Source: Octopus bimaculoides (taxonomy: Eukaryota). Taken from it: a stretch of DNA of 64,000 nucleotides. The number at the start of each line of letters is the position of its first letter. The first letter of the stretch is position 1. This document shows positions 51,447-64,000 of this stretch, one piece after another. Both the position numbers and the translations under genes were made by a program. The DNA lies in NCBI RefSeq assembly GCF_001194135.2, contig NC_068982.1, positions 60,876,827 to 60,940,826 on the forward strand, given 5' to 3'. A model generated the notes under the pieces. It ran no database searches. It was not told where the DNA came from and was given only the letters and a program-made list of their open reading frames with translations.

Positions 51447-52634
51447 ACACACACACACACACATACACACACACACATGATACTGTTTACAGGTATCTAT
51501 GATAATCGTGCATCAGAATTTTTCTCCAGCATATGCATGCAAATCATGCAAGAAATAAACACACATACACATTTGATCACACAAATATTTCATGTTGCAT
51601 ACATGAAATATTTGTGTATTTTTCTCTTCTTGCCTCAACATGCATCTGTGTGAGAATCTCAGTGTTATTTACTGATATATTTCTATACTTCTATCTATTG
51701 TACTACATGGATTATTAGTTAGAAAAAGGAATTGTTTTATAAGAATGAATATTTGTTCCAAAACGACGTTAGTATATGTATGTGCATTTGTGTATGCATA
51801 TATGTGTATATACACATATGCGTATGCAGATGTGCATCTGTGTATGCATACACTTCTGTGTATTCTTATGTCTTTTCTCTATTTCTTACTTGCATGATTG
51901 TTAGCAAGTCATGTGAATATCGTTAGATATATTGTCTGCCATCTACTGACATTCTTTTGCATACATCATCACTGGCCCAACAATAAATGTGCTGTCATTG
52001 TCAGAAAATGTACTAATAAATAGCACCAGACACATTTCTTCAGTCTACAGCCCATGACCAACTCTGATGCGTGTAAGATTTGGGATATGACAGATTTCCA
52101 ATGAAGACCTTTTTCTGGTGTCTCTGGCAAAAATTGTCCATGAATATTGCAATTTATATAGTCTGATGTCATAAAACTGGACTTTATTTTATATCTTCAT
52201 TCTACATTAATGAATTTATTTTTATTTTATTTTATTTTTTTTTAAGAAAACTCATTTTGGAGTTGAATCACTTTGAAATTATCATATAAAATATCTTTTA
52301 AAAGCAAATAAGAAATTTTAAATTTTAAGTTCATTAATTTTATTATTGCAGAAAATCTTAGCTTATACAAAATTAAACATTTTGGGAAAATAATCACAAC
52401 TTCTATCATCTGTTCTGTAGCATACATTAAGAATTCAAATAATTGAAAAGAAAGTTTTGGCAATGAGGAGATTGCAGATATCTTTATGCAACAAAAATAT
52501 TCTGTCAAGTGCCAAATGATTGCTACTTCTGTGTCTGACCTATTCCCTTTAGTTGCACAAAGTATAGATTGAGGAATTCCATGCAACACTTTCTGGAAGT
52601 GGGAGTTTTATGTTAAGAAAAACCTTCATATTTT

Positions 52635-53352
52635 TTTTATTCTTTTACTTGTTTCAGTCATTTAACTGCAGCCTTGCTGGAGCACTGCTTTGAAGGGTTT
52701 TAATTGAACAACTAAACCCCAGGCCTTATTTTTTTAAGCCTAGTACTTATTCTATAAGTCTTTGCCGAACCACTAAGTTACAGGGATGTAAACACACCAA
52801 CACCAGTTGTCAAACAGTGATGGAGGGACAAGCACAGACAAAAAGACACATACACATACACTCACATATGTATATATATATACATATATATATATATANN
52901 NNNNNNNNNNNNNNNNNNNNNNNNNNNNNNNNNNNNNNNNNNNNNNNNNNNNNNNNNNNNNNNNNNNNNNNNNNNNNNNNNNNNNNNNNNNNNNNNNNNN
53001 NNNNNNNNNNNNNNNNNNNNNNNNNNNNNNNNNNNNNNNNNNNNNNNNNNNNNNNNNNNNNNNNNNNNNNNNNNNNNNNNNNNNNNNNNNNNNNNNNNNN
53101 NNNNNNNNNNNNNNNNNNNNNNNNNNNNNNNNNNNNNNNNNNNNNNNNNNNNNNNNNNNNNNNNNNNNNNNNNNNNNNNNNNNNNNNNNNNNNNNNNNNN
53201 NNNNNNNNNNNNNNNNNNNNNNNNNNNNNNNNNNNNNNNNNNNNNNNNNNNNNNNNNNNNNNNNNNNNNNNNNNNNNNNNNNNNNNNNNNNNNNNNNNNN
53301 NNNNNNNNNNNNNNNNNNNNNNNCTTCTTACCACACAGCAACGCCTGCGCCC
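52635..53352 (-). mobile_element. SINE family A spanning a gap
   Basis: Tail at 52635-52860, head remnant at 53324-53352. Confidence 0.8.
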
Positions 53353-53404
53353 ATATAACACCAAAATTGAATTAACACATGTGTAAAGGGATAAGTGTAA
53401 ACAT

Positions 53405-54563
53405 TAAACCTGGGCACCAAACTGTTAATCTGATAATCGTTAATTAATGAGATTAACTTTTCCGTTAACAATTTAACTTTTAAGTTAACTTTAGAAATCA
53501 TCATAGTATTAATTAACTTTTATTACATTTAACTTCCATTAACTCAAGTTTGCTTCAGTTAAATTCTGTTAACTCAAGTTGCTGCGATGATCTTTAGGCT
53601 CAAGGACTTGAAGTCCAAGGGCCACATCTACTACAGCCTTATGGTCGATGCACTTTTGGCAGGCATCAACAAAAGGTTTGGAACCCTCCTAGAGGATGAA
53701 GAATGCCAGGTGGCTGCTGCCTTCCACCCCAGGTTTCAACTCATCTGGTTGGATAAGTATGACAACATCAAGGTCATCAAGGTGAGTAAAAGCATGGAAG
53801 GTAAGGTCAAGGAGGCCTGATGAAGTTAGCAGCAACAGTGGAGGCACAGCAATGAAGAGGAGGATGACTTCTTCAGTGGTATCACCCAGCCAAAGAGAGC
53901 AGTAGAAGCCACAGGTCATTCAAGGAAAAGGCCCAGAATTTGGTCAAGACCTGGTTGGAGACCAACTCCAAGGACTTGCTGACAGATACTGCCTTCTTGG
54001 GTGAGCAAACATCTTGAGGACCAAGAGATCATCCCTGTCTGATGAAAATTTTGACATGCTAATTTTCATGAAGGGCAACATGCATCTGATGAACAAAATG
54101 GAGAACGAGAAGAAGAGGAAAAATTAAATTATGTACATATTGTGTTTTTCATCTTTTTATTTTAATTTAATACTAATATTGTGCTTCATTTGAGTTTTGT
54201 TTTTACTTTTTTCTAGCTCTAAAAGCCTTTTAAAACAACCTAAAATTTAAAAAAAAAAGGCCAAAACTATGAAATCAGCCTTTTTTAGGTCTTTTAAAAG
54301 TTAAAACTATAAAATCAGCATTTATAATTCTAAAGCAAAAAAACAAAAGAAAACTATAGTTTTTTGGGTTCTAAAACCCTTAAAAAGGCCAAAAAGGGCT
54401 TGATTTTATAGTTTTGGTTCTTTTTAAAGGTGTTTTTAGGTGATTTTTAGAGCAAAAACTGTTTTTTTGTTTTTTTCTATATTGAATTTGTGTTACATTT
54501 TTGTAGAATTAACTGATTAATGGTTAACAAAGTCAAATTTTCGATTAATGGTGCCCACCTTTG
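53405..54563 (+). mobile_element. Non-autonomous hAT transposon (deletion derivative) with 8-bp TSD
   Basis: TSD gtaaacat at 53397-53404 and 54564-54571; TIRs taaacctgggcacc / caaaggtgggcacc (11/14 match); ORF 53587-53820 AAAFHPRFQL (cf. hAT A..LDPRFK) and NILRTKRSSLSDENFDMLIFMKGN (hAT dimerisation C-terminus); ttaac-rich subterminal repeats. Confidence 0.9.
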
Positions 54564-55149
54564 GTAAACATATAGGTGTAAAAACAAAAGAAAAGGGAAC
54601 TCAACATGTACATGTATGTTAAATATATGAAGTGTTCAGTTACTTAAATCTGCATTATATAAAGTTTTACAAGTGTAAAGCCTATCTGATCATTCAGATG
54701 TTTGAGTGATGAAGCTACCAAGAAGGTCGACTGTCATTGAACAACGTATATGTCATTCTTATTAGTTAGTTTAGATTACAAGGTAGAAAATTACTAAAAG
54801 AACTGTTAATTGTTATAGCAGCTGCTAAATTGGAGACAACTCTGATGCAAGAGATTAGAATACAGTCAGGTTTGCTTTCATTAGAATTCATTAGAATTTC
54901 AGTGAAGTTTCAGTATATGTATGTATTATGAAATAATGGCTACCAACTAATGCTTTAATTTTGCCAATAGTGAGTTGTGTTGATGACAGCAGTATGGAAG
55001 TTCAGTATTCTTATTAACTCTTAACATCCTGAGCAACACAAATTCACACAGTAGCAAATATATCTATCAGTCTTATGTCATAAGAAACCATCTAAATTAA
55101 AACATGTTTGTTTATATTTGTTTTAAAGAAGTTAGGCTAAACTCTCTGA

Positions 55150-55560
55150 TCTAAGGGAGAAAGCTGTAATTCCTTCTATCCTTTTAGATTTTGTAAAATC
55201 AATGCACACATCACTAAATTTTAGCACTTCACTTGTTCATCAAAAAATTAATTTATGATATTAAATGTACTGAATGTAATAAAAATTACAAAGGACAAAT
55301 AATACTTACTTTGAGAAACAGATTCCCTATTCATCAACAGCAAATACAAGTTCCCAGTAACAGACAGATTCCACTATGTGAACATTTAGACACAAGTACA
55401 ACAAACAAACCACCAACATTTCTAGTCTTTCTCCAGATGGTTGACTTAAATGGGTATGGAGTGGCCAGCTAAGAGATTTTTTCTGCATTCTGTCATTGGC
55501 AATGCATTTGTGGCCAAGACACTTTCAAAAGCTTAGTGTATTTAGCTCTATGTAGATAGA
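55150..55560 (+). mobile_element. Penelope-like element GIY-YIG endonuclease fragment
   Basis: ORF 55233-55472 LIYDIKCTECNKNYKGQ...LRNRF..HQQQI...EH matches the (L/V)IY.I.C..C...YIGQT...L..R...H PLE pattern. Confidence 0.8.
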
Positions 55561-55821
55561 AAATAAGGCTATAATTCCCTATTGTAAACACCATACAAGT
55601 AACAACTGCGTTGATAGTTTACAGTACTAAGTACATTTTTTCTTTGGGATGAAAGGACAGTCCCAGCACTGTAAGAGTAAATATCTAAATATCATAGATA
55701 AATTTTCCAGATTATGAATCTCAATATTTCTAACACTTTTTTATACATCTTTGTGAAATATACACTCTAATCACAGCATGTTTTCAGTGGCAACCAACAT
55801 TTGATAATAGGTTTAAACAGG

Positions 55822-56243
55822 TGTAGGCATGTCTGTGTAGGCACAAGTGTGGCTGTGTGGTAAGAAGCTTGCTTCCCAACCACAGGAATCCAGATTTAGT
55901 TCCACTGCATGGCACCTTAGGCCAGTGTCTTCTACTGTAGCCTCGGACCAACCAAAGCCTTGAGTGGATTTGGTAGACAGAAACTGAAAGAAACCTGTCA
56001 TATATATGTATATATCTATGTGTGTGTGTGTCATTGTGTCTATGAATGCCCCCCCCCCATCACTGCTCAATAACCAGTGTTGGTGTGTTTACATCCCCGT
56101 AACTTAGCAGTTCAGCAAAAGAAACCAATAGAATAAGTACTAAGCTTTTAAAAACTAAGTTGATTTGTTTGACTAAAAAACCCTTCAAGGTGGTGCTCCA
56201 GCATGGCTGCAGTTCACTGATTGAAACAAGTGAAAGATAAAAG
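55822..56243 (+). mobile_element. SINE family A, full length
   Basis: Head gtggctgtgtggtaagaagcttgc to tail gaaacaagtgaaagataaaagat. Confidence 0.88.
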
Positions 56244-58029
56244 ATATAATATTAGCATCACTTATTTATTGAGTGTGTAAATTAGTCAGCTCAACCAAAG
56301 CTTTACAGGTGAAACTAGATAAGTAACTGAAGATTACATTAAGGATACAACCTATTACACCATAATTCATTGAACAGTGGTTTAGTTGAACTGAGAAACT
56401 GGAACACTCATTGTTGGAATTTATGTAGGATTCTTTTGCTATTCACATTAATTGTACTTTGTCCTGAAAATCTCCTACTTGAAGATATTTTACTTTACTA
56501 TTCAAACTTTCAACACATCATAACCAAAAATAAGACAAGTGAGAATTTCTTAATCATTTCTCAGACAGATGACAAAGATTTTGAGATAATATTCTTGTTC
56601 AATTTTGGCAATTTTTGGCTTCTTGGTCAAGTTATTAATTAGAAAATCTGACATACAATAGAAGAAATTATAAAATGGTTCCACAATTGGCTGTTTTTCA
56701 TTGAATTTATTATAAAGCTGTGCAGCATTTATTCAGTTAGTATCATTAAATAGCATTTTTACTGACACAAATGTCTTTTCTTTAAAAGTGATAGATCAAA
56801 TTAAGATACATGTGATTAAAAGGTTGAACCTGGTACTGACAAAATGGGACAACTGCCCATACAGCTCCAACATGACACCGTCTTTTTCTACATAAACTCA
56901 TTTCATGAATTGGAAATGTTCCATGCTTAACTAACATTCTAGATTTTCCCTTAACTTAAATCCATTGTATGTTTTAGACAAGACTAATTACTGTAGAAGA
57001 TTTAAATTGACAAATTCAGAAGACATACTGTATTTCAAGAAACTATAAACTGAATGATTTCACACTAAATAATATATAAGATTTAATGCATATATAAAAC
57101 AGAAGTTATTAGAAAGAATACATTCAATAAAATACATTGTTTGCAATATAAAGGATAATAAAATAAAATATATTATCCTTATATTTATCTATTCTACAAC
57201 ACGCAGATAATTATAAGTGTAATTAAAATGCTGTATGTATTTTATCAATATGGCAGTGATGGAGAAATTTTGAATGATATTTATCGTTTAAAAAATATAA
57301 TAATTTATAAATATATATTTATACATATTATTGGATAAAATTAGATCCTTGGATAGTCCATGATATCCTAGTTGGCTACATGCTCATAAAATTACCAAAC
57401 TTTCATTTTAGCCAGTATAAACCCAATTCATGTTTGACTCGATAGCATCATTAAAAAGTTGAGATTTTTCAATCTGTTGATCTTCCCAGTGTGTTTATTT
57501 GACCTCAATGGATCAGTGTAGCTATTTTGTCAACATTAGTAGAGATCAAAATAGAACTTAAAAGAAATGTGCTGGAAATATAACATTCAAATATTGCTCC
57601 TGATAGATATATCCTTGATATATTGGGTCAATAGCTCAGTTTCAATGTCCATGTAGCTGCTTCAAATCAGACACAGTTCACCTTTGGCAAAGACACGAAT
57701 TCTATAAAATCAAAAACCCCTTATAAGATTCTAAAAGATGTCATAAAAATATTTTACTCTTATGCCATTTTTGTCATAGCATTGTTTAGCTCCAAATCAA
57801 CCCAAATCCAGCAGACTTATGATCAAGGGCATTCCAGTCTTGACAATCCAGTTCTTTATTTCTTCAGATATAATGTATTCATCGTTTTCTAATGTCCTTT
57901 GTTTCAAATATTTTGAAATGGTACTTGAGGGAGATTTGGTATCTATTTTTAGTGGCTGACTGACCACATAAAGGCTTCAGAGGACATTTTTATCCGATGC
58001 CGTAAAGACTAACAGTTTTCATTATTCAC

Positions 58030-58330
58030 CAAACATGTGCCATTTTCTTGGAATGTTCTCAGATATTTGTATAGTGATATCACATTTTCTTTTCTTAGTT
58101 CTGTTGCACAAAAAAGAGTTGATGTGGTGAGTATATGAGTTCTTGAGTGTACTCTTTGTGAGACTGATAGAGTTTCTTGATACTGTCTTGCATTTGGAAT
58201 TTTGGATACAAGTCTTTTTATAAAAGATATGCCACTTTGCAGGCAATTTCATTTTTCCAGTCCTTTATTTAATTGATTAAATGAGAGATGACTGTACTAC
58301 GACCCTCTACAAATACTCCAAAACCTGAGA
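58030..58330 (-). mobile_element. Possible second, very decayed Penelope-like GIY-YIG fragment
   Basis: SISLTKSTLKNSYTHHINSF loosely resembles YIG.T...FK.RY.NH..SF. Confidence 0.35.
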
Positions 58331-58504
58331 AGGGAAGGGGAGAAGTTATTCTGACTTGAATGCTTACAATAGCGTGAACTCTACTCAAAGCACCTAAGAA
58401 CAAAGACAATCCCATCAACAGTTTTTGTCTACAAAGTCTCATTTATATAGCTTTGTTTTCACATATAAGACATACACACACACATACACACACACATATA
58501 TGTA

Positions 58505-59513
58505 GTAAAGTTTGTTAGTTCAGGAGTGATGATTTTCTTTACTGCAGGTTGTGTCAGTTTTCAGAGATCACTTTTTTCAAAAATTCTAACTTCTGGAAGC
58601 TACTGATGAGGATACAACATGAGCAGCTGAATGCAAAACAGAAGCACAGCATCCTAACACTATCAGAACACATAACTTTGTGCAAAAAGTCCAAGAAATA
58701 ATAAATAAAAAACCCAGAAAGTCAATCATAGCCATTGGAAAGGACCTCCAGATTTTAGAATGTACCATTATAGGAGTTGTGCATAAGGACAGCAGCTACA
58801 GGTCGTATGAGGTGTGAAAAGGTCAGTTTATGTTGGGTGTTCAATCTTTGCAAAGTAGTCCCTAAACAAGTTAAAACACCAAGAGCTAAACTGAAGGAAT
58901 GACAAATAGTTATGCAAAGATCCAAATGGGTTTTCAGCAGGCATGCATACTAAGTTCCCAGTAACTGTAATGGCTTTGGGACTCATCAACAATGAGGAAG
59001 GTATCATGCCTTCTCACTTTTTTCCCTGGGTTTAAAAGTCATTGCTGCTGTCTACATAGAGGTTTTGAAGAAAGTTCTGAAGCCCTGGATAGGCAGGTTA
59101 CACAACAGAAAATCATACATCTTCCAACAAGACTCTGTGCCATCTCATAAGGCTAGGACAACCCAGGTGTGGATGCATGCCAATCTCCATAATCATGTTC
59201 TTCCAGACACATGGCCTCTTAGCACATGTGACTTCTATTACATATGGTGCATAGCTAAGAGAGAGGTCAATCAACACCTCTATAACACCATACAATCTCT
59301 CAAGTCTACCATAATGAGCACTATGTTCAAAATTGATAAAGATAATCTGATTTGGGCTTTCAACCCTGTATTGAAGCAACTACTGATGTTAATGGTGGAT
59401 TCATTGAATAAGTTGATAGGATTCTCAAGATTATTTCTACCAATTTGTTTTCAAATACAGCTCTTCTTTGATGAGCTATGCATTTTTTTCTAAATTCATA
59501 CAAATAACCTCTA
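58505..59513 (+). mobile_element. Decayed Tc1/mariner-superfamily transposon, maT/DD37D (Bmmar1)-like
   Basis: ORF 59065-59493 YIFQQDSVPSHKARTTQVW...TWP...YYIW; upstream NPRKSIIAI and EGIMPSHFFP; family call from motif resemblance. Confidence 0.8.
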
Positions 59514-60310
59514 ACTGCTGAGTTACCATTGATGAGGTGGCATGTTCTCTGCAAATTAGTGATGGTTCTGCATATGAAATCACCTACAAGCTTGGCTTCC
59601 ATAAACTCTGTGCAGAATGGGTGGCACAAGATCTTACCAAGGCACATAAACACAATCAGGTGAAGATCTGTCAATGCTTACTTGACTGCAACAAAGATGG
59701 TGAAGGTTTTTTGAAAAGAATAGTCAAAGTAGATGTGACCTGAGTATGTCACTTTCAGCCAAGAATCCAAAAAGCAGGGTATGGAGTAGAAATGCCTAGG
59801 ATTGCCAGTGAAAAAGAAATTCAAGATACAACCTTCCACAGAAAAAAATGAAGCTAGCTGTTTTTTGGAACATTAACTGAAATAGTGGTCTACAGTCACC
59901 ATGTGGGAAACAGTGAAATATTGACCAACAAACTGAAACCAGCAATTCACACCAAATACCAAGGTCTATTGTCAAAGTAACCGTTATTGTCGCATGACAA
60001 TGTACATCCACATATGGCAAGCCACACCATGAAAACCATTGAAAAATTGGATTTCAAGTTACTGAGACATCCTGCATACAACCCAGATCCTTTCTGACTA
60101 TCACTTTTTTGGACTACTCAAGGTCGTCAATTTGCTATGCACAAGCAGTCAAAAACTTTCTTTTCAGACTGAATAAACAAGCTTGTGGACTGCTGGAAAA
60201 AGTGCATTGAAAAGCGAAGACACTATGTCAAAAAATTATGTAACTGTTCAACTTTTGTTTTTGTTTTAATAAATTACAGAAACAAGACTGCATATAATTT
60301 TTGACTTAAG
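59514..60310 (+). mobile_element. 5'-truncated decayed mariner transposase
   Basis: LGFHKLCAEWVAQDLT (WVP motif), FLKRIVKVDVT (first D), HDNVHPH-like, SDYHFFG and KKCIEK..YV in mixed frames. Confidence 0.85.
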
Positions 60311-60486
60311 TAATTTTTGTGAACCATAAGAAATAAGGAATTAAGTGCACATTATACTTGTAAATAAGAATTTGAAACAGAAAATACAATTCTTAATCAG
60401 ATATATTGCCAATTAACCACATGCACTATATATTTGGTCTTCACTTCAGTTTCATTATTATTCTTATTTTAATGCTCATTGTTTAA

Positions 60487-60702
60487 CTCTTTTGATACCA
60501 ACCTGGCTGAAACTGCCTCTGGCTCTGTAGTACAAAGGTTTTGTTTTCAAAAGTTCTGAATTAAAATCTTCCACCAAACCTTAGTCAGAATTTATGTTCC
60601 TAACTTATTGATAACTAGGTAATTTTACTAAATTCTTTGTTAAATTCAGAATTAATTGAAAGAAACACAGAGCTTCTCAACAGAAATGTGGTAACAAAAG
60701 GG
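60487..60702. mobile_element. piggyBac-like MITE, second copy, TTAA TSD
   Basis: Homologous to 34093-34312; ttaa at 60483-60486 and 60703-60706. Confidence 0.8.
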
Positions 60703-61429
60703 TTAAAATAAGAAAGATATTAAAGCTGTATAAAGTACATGTGGTTAATTGGCAAAATAAAAAAAAAATATGACCATCCCTAAATATAATAATATCTGTT
60801 TCAACAAAACAACTTCACATCAGGACACTTACAAAACAAATACATAAATGTAACAAATATATTGCATTTTTGCTTTTTCTGAAATTAATTAATGGAATTA
60901 AAATAGTCAAATCCAGAGCAATGACTATGGCAAATATAGTTCTATTAAGATGTTGAAATGTATGTATATACCATTATAACAGATAATCTTTGTTGTAAAT
61001 CATGAGAACTTATGTCAATATTTAGTTTGAATAGTTGAATGTCCCAGCAATTTCCTACAATATTCAGTAGTTCATTAAGTAAACTTTAGAATTTCAGAAA
61101 TATTTTCTTTAACACAACAATGCAAATCCCATTAATGTTTCAGTTTCTGAAAACTTGATGAAAATCCACAAATTTGCATGTAAATTATCTCACTAACCAT
61201 TACATTTCATTTATATTCTAACCAATAGCTTATCTTGAAATAAGAATCCGATTCATTTCCTTAATTTTGATATCTATTTATTTTGGCACAGGGTTGGGGT
61301 GTATTTTGTCTACTTTTGCACTTAGTCTTTTATATCCTGTCTCTTTTATGGTGAGACTGATTAGAACTAAACTGTCTACATATGAGCCAAGTAATTTGAC
61401 CACTGAAAATAAGGAGCCTCACATGCATG

Positions 61430-61433
61430 CACA

Positions 61434-61506
<73 letters not shown>

Positions 61507-61518
61507 ACACACACACAT
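61430..61518. repeat. (CA)n microsatellite (others at 46930-47075, 51395-51478; (CT)n at 33395-33530)
   Basis: Directly visible. Confidence 0.95.
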
Positions 61519-62314
61519 AACTTGTAATAGTTTGTTCCTTTTTTGTGATGGAAAAATTTTGCTTTCTGTTCGTATGATCTTAAAAGTGGCTCAGGCTTAT
61601 TTTCAACTAAATTGGTACTGATTCAGTTCTGCTTCTATTTTTTAATGTTTTTTTTTTTTTTTCTTTCTTTCCCTCTTTTTATCTCCATTACACTTCTTAA
61701 GTCTTTCCCACAAAATGCAATAATCACTTGGAGAAATGGCTGTGATTTATATTTATGTATTGGCGCTGATCATAAGATCTTTCTGTAAAATTGATAAGAT
61801 ATGTTATCCTCACTTTTTTTTTATGTATATCTTATATATATATATGGAATTATTTTTTGGTCATTCACAAACTATTAACTGTGCTCTTTTCTATGCATTA
61901 TGTTTGGCTATTTGGAATCTATGAAAAAAGAAATTAAAAAAGGAAAACCTTACTGTAAGCACTTGGGCAGTGACAGAGTTCTGCTTCTTTCTTCTTTTAC
62001 CATTATAATTAGATGGCTTTGACTTCACCTAGTCCTTTATCTGACATAATTTTCATAATTCATACAATTGCATACAGATAGCTCAATGGTTCTACAAATC
62101 TCATTTAACAAAATCAGTATTCTGCATTTTTTTCTTCTTCTTCTCCCCCACTTTCCTTTCTCCCTATCTCTCTTCTGTTTTTCATTTTTGTTTCTTTGTT
62201 CATCAGTTCTTACATTAAGTTAGAACAAAGCAATGCATGTATGATTATCTTATACTTAAATGTACACCCATTCTCTTGAAGGTAGCAGGATGGTTGGCAT
62301 AAAAACAACAACAA

Positions 62315-62343
62315 CAGTGGTGGTGATGATGATGATGATAATG

Positions 62344-62375
<32 letters not shown>

Positions 62376-62401
62376 GATGATGATGATGATATTAATAATA
62401 A
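62315..62401. repeat. (ATG)n tract running into a gap
   Basis: Directly visible. Confidence 0.95.
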
Positions 62402-64000
62402 NNNNNNNNNNNNNNNNNNNNNNNNNNNNNNNNNNNNNNNNNNNNNNNNNNNNNNNNNNNNNNNNNNNNNNNNNNNNNNNNNNNNNNNNNNNNNNNNNNN
62501 NNNNNNNNNNNNNNNNNNNNNNNNNNNNNNNNNNNNNNNNNNNNNNNNNNNNNNNNNNNNNNNNNNNNNNNNNNNNNNNNNNNNNNNNNNNNNNNNNNNN
62601 NNNNNNNNNNNNNNNNNNNNNNNNNNNNNNNNNNNNNNNNNNNNNNNNNNNNNNNNNNNNNNNNNNNNNNNNNNNNNNNNNNNNNNNNNNNNNNNNNNNN
62701 NNNNNNNNNNNNNNNNNNNNNNNNNNNNNNNNNNNNNNNNNNNNNNNNNNNNNNNNNNNNNNNNNNNNNNNNNNNNNNNNNNNNNNNNNNNNNNNNNNNN
62801 NNNNNNNNNNNNNNNNNATATAACATGATTTTAGTTTTAAATTGTTGACTACTATTTCTTAGAAAATACCCAGAAAAAAAAAATGAAAAACAATTTACTT
62901 TAATAAGAGTTAAGAAAAACTGATTCTGGCTGAATATATTCCGAGCCAGACCAAAGTTAATAAGCAATATGATTAATTGAATGACAAAGCTCAAGTTTAG
63001 GTCACATCTGTTTTTTTTTTCAATGTATCTTTTCTTTTTTCTTATTTTTATTTAACATTACAACATTAAAAATTTAAAAAACTGAATTGATATAACTATC
63101 AACAACCAACCTGAATTTATCAGTTGCACTTTAGCCCTGATCAGTCCTGCATGAGCAAACCAACAATCAAAGGTGTTCCAATCATGACCATCTTGTTTTA
63201 TTCTTCAGATTCATTCTTTATTTTTTAAAGCTGTGACTTGAGGAGGATTTGACTATTATTTTTAGAAAGTTGGTTAGTAATATAATGATTCAGCTGTTGG
63301 ATAGACTTTATAGACAGACCAACTACAAATTTTAAGAACTTCATGATAAGTGAGCAACAAAAATAAAGAATTAAATATGTATACTCTATGCATTTTTCCC
63401 TTATTCTTTAATTTAAAATTTAAACTTCTAATCCTGCCAAATATTATGAAGAAATGATTATCTCCTTTATAGAAACAGTCTGGAAGAGGACACCACATAT
63501 TTTTTGCTTAAATGTTAAATTTACCAAACAGAATTATGAAACTGACTAATGTTCTACCATTTCAACGGTTAACGAGCTAGTAGAATCATTACTGTGACAG
63601 GTAAAATGCTTGGTGGCTTTTTATCCATTTTTACATTCTGAATTGAAATTCCACTGAGATCAGTTTAAACTGGTAATAGGTACAGGATCATCACTTCAAG
63701 TTATCTAACAAAATATCATTGGAAACTTTAAAAGATATTTATTTATAAAACATTTTAACAGTTTACTAAAATTTTTGAATTTTATGTGATCCTGTTATCT
63801 TACCATGATATATATGCAATATATGACAGTATAAATGTAAAATCTTAACTAAAAACGAAATACATTTTTATATATCAGGAACTCTTACTTGCAATTGTCA
63901 CACTTTTAATTAACATTCTCTCTCTCTCTCACATATACACACACATAACTGTAATATGTATGCATACTTTTCAATAATGAGCCTGCTTATGCACAAATGC

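Larger units (their letters stand above)
629..62817. other. Assembly gaps (N runs) at 629-1503, 7969-7991, 18262-18271, 23647-23657, 25046-25362, 27419-28113, 33453-33465, 37497-37799, 40632-40731, 47031-47040, 52899-53323, 62402-62817
   Basis: Runs of n read directly; most are bordered by (TA)n, (GA)n, (TCTA)n or (ATG)n tracts. Confidence 0.98.

Noticed and set aside
3486-56243. tRNA-like A/B-box heads
   Set aside because: All belong to SINE bodies and do not form complete cloverleaves; no true tRNA gene is supported.
1-64000. CRISPR arrays, rRNA, operon-like or prokaryotic systems
   Set aside because: No regularly spaced repeat-spacer array, rRNA-like sequence or dense intronless coding region; the window is eukaryotic repeat-rich DNA.

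Overview
Eukaryotic, strongly AT-rich, repeat-dense DNA with 12 N-gaps, most flanked by microsatellites (short-read assembly). The tRNA-derived SINE families, (TTAGGG)n and microsatellite load suggest an octopus/coleoid cephalopod genome; this is inference from recognising the repeats, not a database hit. No complete protein-coding gene is visible. Almost every ORF in the track is a microsatellite/gap artefact or a decayed transposon: three mariner relics, one maT/DD37D-like relic, a hAT deletion derivative, MITEs (mariner, pogo/Tigger, hAT-Charlie, piggyBac-like), RTE, CR1-like and L1/Tx1-like LINE fragments, and two Penelope-like GIY-YIG fragments. A few small candidate exons exist on both strands but are unproven. 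The most interesting object is a 535-bp non-coding insertion at 14801-15335, flanked by a 12-bp duplication. It contains a near-intact minimal type I hammerhead ribozyme (15127-15169), a 346-bp-period terminal redundancy and a 103-bp fold-back arm, which is the architecture expected of a retrozyme/Penelope-mobilised ribozyme retroelement. Also notable: three further hammerhead-like motifs, two perfect local hairpins with short flanking duplications, a 5'-inverted (twin-priming-like) RTE fragment, and a telomeric tract replacing part of a SINE head.
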